Assembly (NCBI GenBank): GCA_963727095.1
Contig: CAVSEQ010000002.1
Span: 184,797 to 248,796 of the forward strand
Source: Candidatus Aminicenantes bacterium
GTDB taxonomy: Bacteria > Acidobacteriota > Aminicenantia > Aminicenantales > Saccharicenantaceae
Length of the DNA: 64,000 bases
Direction: 5' to 3'
Shown here: positions 59,401 through 64,000 of the stretch, one piece after another
Layout: each line of letters starts with the position of its first letter
Position numbering within the stretch: the stretch's first letter is position 1
Translations under genes and position numbers: made by a program
The notes under the pieces: generated by a model
Databases searched by the model: none
What the model was told of the DNA's origin: nothing
What the model saw: only the letters and a program-made list of their open reading frames with translations

Positions 59401-60753
59401 CTATTTACCGATCACAGTCTTAAGCCACTTGCGATAACGGGCGATGGTCTCGGCGCCGGGTCGCTGGTGCCCGGCTCCGGCTTCCGTGACGAATTCGACC
59501 TTGGCGCCGGCCCGCTCGAGCTTAGAGACCAGTTCCTTAGTGATGGCGAACGGACAGTTCCGGTCATCACGACCATGAAAAAGGAAGATGGCGATTCCCT
59601 TGAATTTCACGAGATTCTTGTCTTCGAGGAAGTTCGGATGACCTTCACCCGGGAAGTAAAGGCTGCCGATGTCCGGATGGCCGGAAAATATCGCCAGCGC
59701 CTTGTATCGGCCCGGATGCTCGTAAAACGTCCGGTAGACGCCGTAGCCGCCCATGGAAAAGCCGGTCAGGATGATCCGCGTCTCATCGATGGGGTAGCTC
59801 TGAGTGACCGCGGCGACGGCTTCTTCGATATCCTCCTGGGCATGATCTCGCGTGTAGGCATTGGAAGGGCCGCGGCCGCGCGGCGCCAGCTCGATGAACT
59901 CCCCGTCGCTCAAGTAATCGACTCCGGCCAGATTCGTTTCATCCGACGCGCTGCCGTGAAGATAGACGATGAGCGGATATTTCCTGGCAGCCTTGGGATC
60001 GTAGCCGGCCGGGATCCTGACGGCGTAAGGCTGAAGCGTGTTGTCAATTCGGGAAAGGAATGCCCGCCGCATGAAGCCGGTCCTTGCCGCAAGAATATCG
60101 CGGCCCGCCTCGGCTTGGGTGAGGTCCGCCTCGAGGTGGAGCAGCGCCATACGTTCCTTGGCTGCGGTTTCGTATGGCTTGAGCGAGCGCAGAGAGGCGA
60201 ACGCTTCGTTGATCAGGAACCGATGGGTTGTGACGCTTCCTGGAGCGAGGTGCGTCTTCACGCGTTCCAGCCGATCAGCAAATCTTTCGGCGGCCGCCGC
60301 CGGTAGGATGGTCAACCCCGACGCCCGGACGGAATCATCGCCCTTGGAATAATCGCGGCGCGAGCTCCAGGCCATACGATAGCCTCCGGGCGACATGTCC
60401 CCCAGGTCGATGCTAAAATCATGGAACGTGAGCCCACGCTTGCACGGATACTCGGCCGTGGTTGATTCCAGCCGAGTCCCTTCGCCGCTGAGGACGGAAA
60501 CGCTCAGACTCTCCGTGTCTTCGACCGAGCTCAGCGTAACCGCCCGCGCCCGAAGGGGCTCGCCTAGACCCACGTGATTTCGCTCGAGTTCGACGAAAGT
60601 TTGCATCCCTTTGTCGAGAGAAGGGGCGGCGAAATGAAGCCTGATATATGTTCGGGGTGAATTCTCGCGGCCGAGGTCATCGGGCAGAACGCTGATAATA
60701 AAATGCGCCTTGACCGCCGGCCTTGACGAATCCCAGATTGAATCCGATCCCAT
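59401..60753 (-). CDS. alpha/beta-hydrolase (esterase/peptidase S9-like) domain protein; probably the C-terminal part of a gene split from the upstream ORF
   Basis: The nucleophile elbow is GFSMGGYG, and Asp (HGRDD) and His (GAGHQ) contexts are present. The listed N-terminus has no signal peptide and overlaps the upstream ORF by 77 nt. Confidence 0.65.
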   Translation of the reverse strand: MGSDSIWDSSRPAVKAHFIISVLPDDLGRENSPRTYIRLHFAAPSLDKGMQTFVELERNHVGLGEPLRARAVTLSSVEDTESLSVSVLSGEGTRLESTTAEYPCKRGLTFHDFSIDLGDMSPGGYRMAWSSRRDYSKGDDSVRASGLTILPAAAAERFADRLERVKTHLAPGSVTTHRFLINEAFASLRSLKPYETAAKERMALLHLEADLTQAEAGRDILAARTGFMRRAFLSRIDNTLQPYAVRIPAGYDPKAARKYPLIVYLHGSASDETNLAGVDYLSDGEFIELAPRGRGPSNAYTRDHAQEDIEEAVAAVTQSYPIDETRIILTGFSMGGYGVYRTFYEHPGRYKALAIFSGHPDIGSLYFPGEGHPNFLEDKNLVKFKGIAIFLFHGRDDRNCPFAITKELVSKLERAGAKVEFVTEAGAGHQRPGAETIARYRKWLKTVIGK

Positions 60754-61375
60754 CCGAAAGCCACGGGTGGTAGGGATGCAAATCCTGCCACGGCAGCAGG
60801 AGTTCGAATGAGATGACTCCGTCGTGAGCGGCGAACTCGAGTTTGGCCTGCCGGCTCATCGGGACGAAAATCTTGTCGACGTTGTAGTACCAGAAAAGCC
60901 GGCGAGTCCAATCGAGGTCGGGCCGGTCGACCGCGGAGCAGGCCGCGACATAGAACTCGTCCGTGGGCGCGTCGCCGGGCCGGGGCCGGGCGATGACCAT
61001 ATGGAAGCCGTCGCCGTTCTGATAGGCCCTGTCGTTATACGTCAGCTTGTCCCCTCGGGCTTCAACATAGACGTAAAGGAAATTGGTCCCGTAGGCGAGC
61101 CGGTAGTGCGCCTCCGCGGGCTTTTCGGTGGTCCCGATGAGATCGACCTGGGAGAAGGCTCTGCGCGGCAGATGCTGCAGGCCTAGATCGAGCACGCCGT
61201 CGATGACCGGCGCCTCGGCGAGAAAGTCGACCGGGGCGAGCTTCCGGGGGACCTCGTTCAATTTCACGGGCGGCTGCTCAGTGCCGGACTGGGAGGCGGC
61301 TGTCGACATGACAGCGAAGAGGACGAGAACGATGGCCGGGATCCCGCCAATGCCGCGAAGAACAACACGCCGCAT
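60677..61375 (-). CDS. secreted CBM9/DOMON-like carbohydrate-binding domain protein; probably the N-terminal part of the split gene
   Basis: It has a signal peptide. The motifs APVIDGVLD and YRLAYGTNFLYVYVEA are typical of CBM9-like modules. Confidence 0.55.
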   Translation of the reverse strand: MRRVVLRGIGGIPAIVLVLFAVMSTAASQSGTEQPPVKLNEVPRKLAPVDFLAEAPVIDGVLDLGLQHLPRRAFSQVDLIGTTEKPAEAHYRLAYGTNFLYVYVEARGDKLTYNDRAYQNGDGFHMVIARPRPGDAPTDEFYVAACSAVDRPDLDWTRRLFWYYNVDKIFVPMSRQAKLEFAAHDGVISFELLLPWQDLHPYHPWLSDGIGFNLGFVKAGGQGAFYYQRSAR

Positions 61376-61853
61376 TGAAACTCCTCCGCTAAATAGCAGC
61401 GAACCCTGTAACGGGCTGACAACACATCATGTCCATAAGACTCGATTATCCGCCATAAAGTTGCCTTGATCAAGAAAGCGGCCTGGATTCTGACCAGGCA
61501 TCTCTCCTCTGAAAACCCTGAAAAAGGAACCAGAAGGTCACTGCCGGACCTCGGTTTTTCGGTTGCCAGTCCCGGGGCTCTCATTCTCAAAGCGGGCGGC
61601 TTCTTGGCCCAGGCCGACATGGGCATTCCGCCCATAAATTGTGCCCTACTGGCAGGGCGCAGTGATAGTTGGATAATTTTCGGAGCGCGCCAACTTAGAT
61701 ATGCCACCGTACTCACAGTCTGACCAAATGTATCGTATCGGAGTTCTTGTATCCTTGACTTACCAGTCCTCTGTGATTTAGGATTGCGCGTAGTGGGAAG
61801 CCAAAGCAATTGAGTTGCCTCCCCGTCGTCTTAGATTCAAAGGGAGTGAGCTA

Positions 61854-64000
61854 GTGCCACGCATTTTCGACAACATAGAAAACGATCTATTACCCGCTTT
61901 GCAGGAGACACTAGCAGTTTCAAATCGAGCCGATTTTTGCGTAGGCTATTTTAATCTGCGTGGTTGGAAGGCCCTGGACTCCTACATTGAGAGCTGGCCC
62001 GGAGGCGAGGGCCGCTGCTGCCGGCTGCTCGTCGGCATGCAGAGAATGCCCCAAGAAGAAATAAGCATTCTGCTTGGGCTGATGAGCGATGGCGGAGAAG
62101 TCGACCAGGCAATGGCCCTTAGGCTCAAAAAAGAACTCGTCGAGAAGTTCAAAGAACAGCTGACCGTCGGGGCTCCAACAAACGCAGATGAAGCAGGACT
62201 CCGGCGGCTGGCAGCACAGATCAAGGCTAAGAAGGTGGTTATTAAACTGTTCTTGCGCCACCCACTGCACGCCAAGCTTTATCTTTTGTTCCGTCCCGAC
62301 CCCATAACCCCAACAATCAGCTATCTAGGGAGCAGCAACTTAACGCTAGCCGGGCTTTCCCATCAGGGGGAGTTGAACATCGACGTGCTTGACCACGATT
62401 CCTGCGCAAAGCTGGAACGGTGGTTTGAAGACCGATGGAACGACCGTTGGTGCATTGACATTTCTGAGGACCTCGTTAAGGTCGTTGAGCAAAGCTGGGC
62501 TCGAGAGGAGCTTATCCCACCCTATCACATTTACGTCAAAATGGCCTACCATCTCTCGCGCGAAGCTCGCGAAGGTATAACAGAATTTCATTTGCCGCCG
62601 GAGCTCGAGGAAAAACTGCTTGGCTTTCAGGGGGCAGCGGTGAAGATTGCTGCCCATCACCTTAACAAACGCGGTGGTGTACTGATCGGGGACGTCGTCG
62701 GTCTCGGAAAAACCCTTATGGCCACGGCGCTGGCGCGCATCTTCGAGGATGATTACGACCTTGAAACGCTTATCATCTGCCCCAAAAATCTGCTCGCCAT
62801 GTGGAACGATTACCGTGAGCGCTACCATCTGCGTGGCAAAGTGATGTCCCTGAGCACGGTTGCTCGGGAGCTCCCCGAAACGCGCCGATATCGCCTTGTC
62901 GTGATTGACGAGAGCCACAACCTCCGCAACCGGGAGGGGAGACGCTACAGCGTTATCAGAGATTACATTAAGAAAAATGACAGCAAGTGCGTCATGCTAT
63001 CCGCCACTCCGTACAATAAGACCTATTTGGACCTTTCCAATCAATTGCGCCTTTTTCTCCCGGACGATCAGGAGCTTGCCATCCGCCCTGAGCATCTATT
63101 AGCCGACTTGGGGGAAACCGAGTTCATACGCCGCCACCAATGTTCGCCGCGTTCATTGGCGGCATTTGAGAAGAGCGAATACGCTGACGACTGGCGAGAG
63201 CTTATGCGCCTGTATCTTATTCGACGCACACGCAGTTTCATTATGGATAATTATGCCGAGACGGATCTTTCCAACGGACGCAAGTACTTGCCCCTCGAAG
63301 GTGGACGGCCCTATTATTTTCCAACCCGCATACCAAGGACAGCCAAGTTTGCGATCAACGAGAAAAGCCCTAAGGATCAATACGGCCGCCTTTACTCACC
63401 AGGGGTTGTGGACACAATTAATTCCCTTCATTTGCCGCGCTATGGTCTGGGCAATTATGTGACCCCCGCTCCCGATACGCCACCGACGAGAGACGAAGCC
63501 AAGGCCCTTCAAGATCTATCGCGGGCCGGCAAGCGCCTTATGGGATTCTGCCGTACGAACCTGTTCAAGCGGCTGGAATCAAGCGGGCAAGCCTTTATCC
63601 AGTCCGTAGAGCGGCACATTTTGCGCAACTTCGTTTACATCCATGCGATTGAAGCCGGGACGCCTCTGCCGATTGGAACTCAGGACATCGGACTGCTTGA
63701 CGCCCGCATCTGCGATGAGGATTCTGATGGCCTCGAAAGCGTTTTTGAAAACGAAGACGAAGCCGCATGCAATGCCGAAAATGGATCTTCTTTACGGACG
63801 CCGGAAGATTTCAATCGGCGCGCTGCCGATGTCTATCGCCGGTACGCTTCCCAAGGAAAGAACCGCTTCGACTGGCTCCGGCCGGAACTTTTTGATAAAA
63901 CCTTGGCAGCGAACCTCGGAGCAGACGCCGAGTCACTTATTAGAGTGCTTGAGAAATGTGGCGAGTGGGATGCCGGCCGGGATGCTAAGCTTGACGCGCT
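61854..64000 (+). CDS. PLD/HKD nuclease-like domain fused to an SNF2-family helicase (partial; continues beyond the window end)
   Basis: This ORF is not in the track because it has no stop. The frame is open from the in-frame TAG at 61791 to position 64000. The GTG at 61854 has GGGAG 7 nt upstream. The HKD motif HAKLYLLFRPD starts at 62268 and GSSNLT at 62328. Helicase motif I GLGKT is at 62700 and motif II DESH at 62907. Confidence 0.85.
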   Translation, partial: MPRIFDNIENDLLPALQETLAVSNRADFCVGYFNLRGWKALDSYIESWPGGEGRCCRLLVGMQRMPQEEISILLGLMSDGGEVDQAMALRLKKELVEKFKEQLTVGAPTNADEAGLRRLAAQIKAKKVVIKLFLRHPLHAKLYLLFRPDPITPTISYLGSSNLTLAGLSHQGELNIDVLDHDSCAKLERWFEDRWNDRWCIDISEDLVKVVEQSWAREELIPPYHIYVKMAYHLSREAREGITEFHLPPELEEKLLGFQGAAVKIAAHHLNKRGGVLIGDVVGLGKTLMATALARIFEDDYDLETLIICPKNLLAMWNDYRERYHLRGKVMSLSTVARELPETRRYRLVVIDESHNLRNREGRRYSVIRDYIKKNDSKCVMLSATPYNKTYLDLSNQLRLFLPDDQELAIRPEHLLADLGETEFIRRHQCSPRSLAAFEKSEYADDWRELMRLYLIRRTRSFIMDNYAETDLSNGRKYLPLEGGRPYYFPTRIPRTAKFAINEKSPKDQYGRLYSPGVVDTINSLHLPRYGLGNYVTPAPDTPPTRDEAKALQDLSRAGKRLMGFCRTNLFKRLESSGQAFIQSVERHILRNFVYIHAIEAGTPLPIGTQDIGLLDARICDEDSDGLESVFENEDEAACNAENGSSLRTPEDFNRRAADVYRRYASQGKNRFDWLRPELFDKTLAANLGADAESLIRVLEKCGEWDAGRDAKLDA

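Noticed and set aside
61264-61809. A 181-aa minus-strand ORF and an 85-aa plus-strand ORF (61466-61723) in the long spacer as real genes or transposase remnants.
   Set aside because: Neither has a motif, RBS or coding-like composition. The minus-strand ORF overlaps the 5' end of the CBM9-like gene. A degraded gene cannot be excluded without a BLASTX search.
61920-62918. Track ORFs 61920-62270 (-), 61982-62275 (-) and 62346-62918 (-).
   Set aside because: They are antisense to the long unlisted plus-strand frame, which carries the HKD and SNF2 motifs. They appear in the track only because the real gene lacks a stop in the window.

Overview
This is a 64 kb chromosomal segment from a high-GC bacterium. 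Hand counts of typical coding lines give about 62% G+C. The organism is diderm, since BamA, LolCDE and FabZ are present; I cannot assign a phylum from sequence alone. Coding density is high and most of the window is housekeeping. Recognised genes include fabH-like KAS III, efp, an RNase HIII-like gene, alaX-like, rbsK, rluB-like, a Lon-related protease, ribH-nusB-lysS, lolCE-lolD-bamA-fabZ, speE, tdh, htrA and an ECF sigma/anti-sigma pair. Because of the GC content, nearly every real gene carries long Arg/Gly/Pro-rich shadow ORFs on other frames, and I rejected those. The most interesting item is at the right edge. After a non-coding spacer of about 480 bp the composition drops to roughly 48-52% G+C. 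A long open frame then starts at GTG 61854 and runs off the window, so it has no stop and is absent from the supplied ORF track. It encodes an N-terminal PLD/HKD nuclease-like domain fused to an SNF2-family helicase, which looks like the first gene of a horizontally acquired, probably defence-type island. Other items worth follow-up: (1) a serine-palmitoyltransferase-like enzyme divergent from an extended SDR plus KAS III; (2) a histidine/aromatic ammonia-lyase homologue whose MIO triad reads Ala-Cys-Gly instead of Ala-Ser-Gly; (3) a ~230 bp island of about 21% G+C with internal ~85 bp repeats upstream of a multidomain diguanylate cyclase; (4) a degenerate 4-5 copy direct-repeat array between efp and an amidohydrolase; (5) a 1379-aa secreted M14 peptidase with a duplicated unknown N-terminal module; (6) a CBM9-like ORF and an esterase ORF that look like one gene split by a +1 frameshift; (7) several perfect palindromes and hairpins in intergenic regions. 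All functional calls rest on motifs I recognise in the translations. No database search was run.
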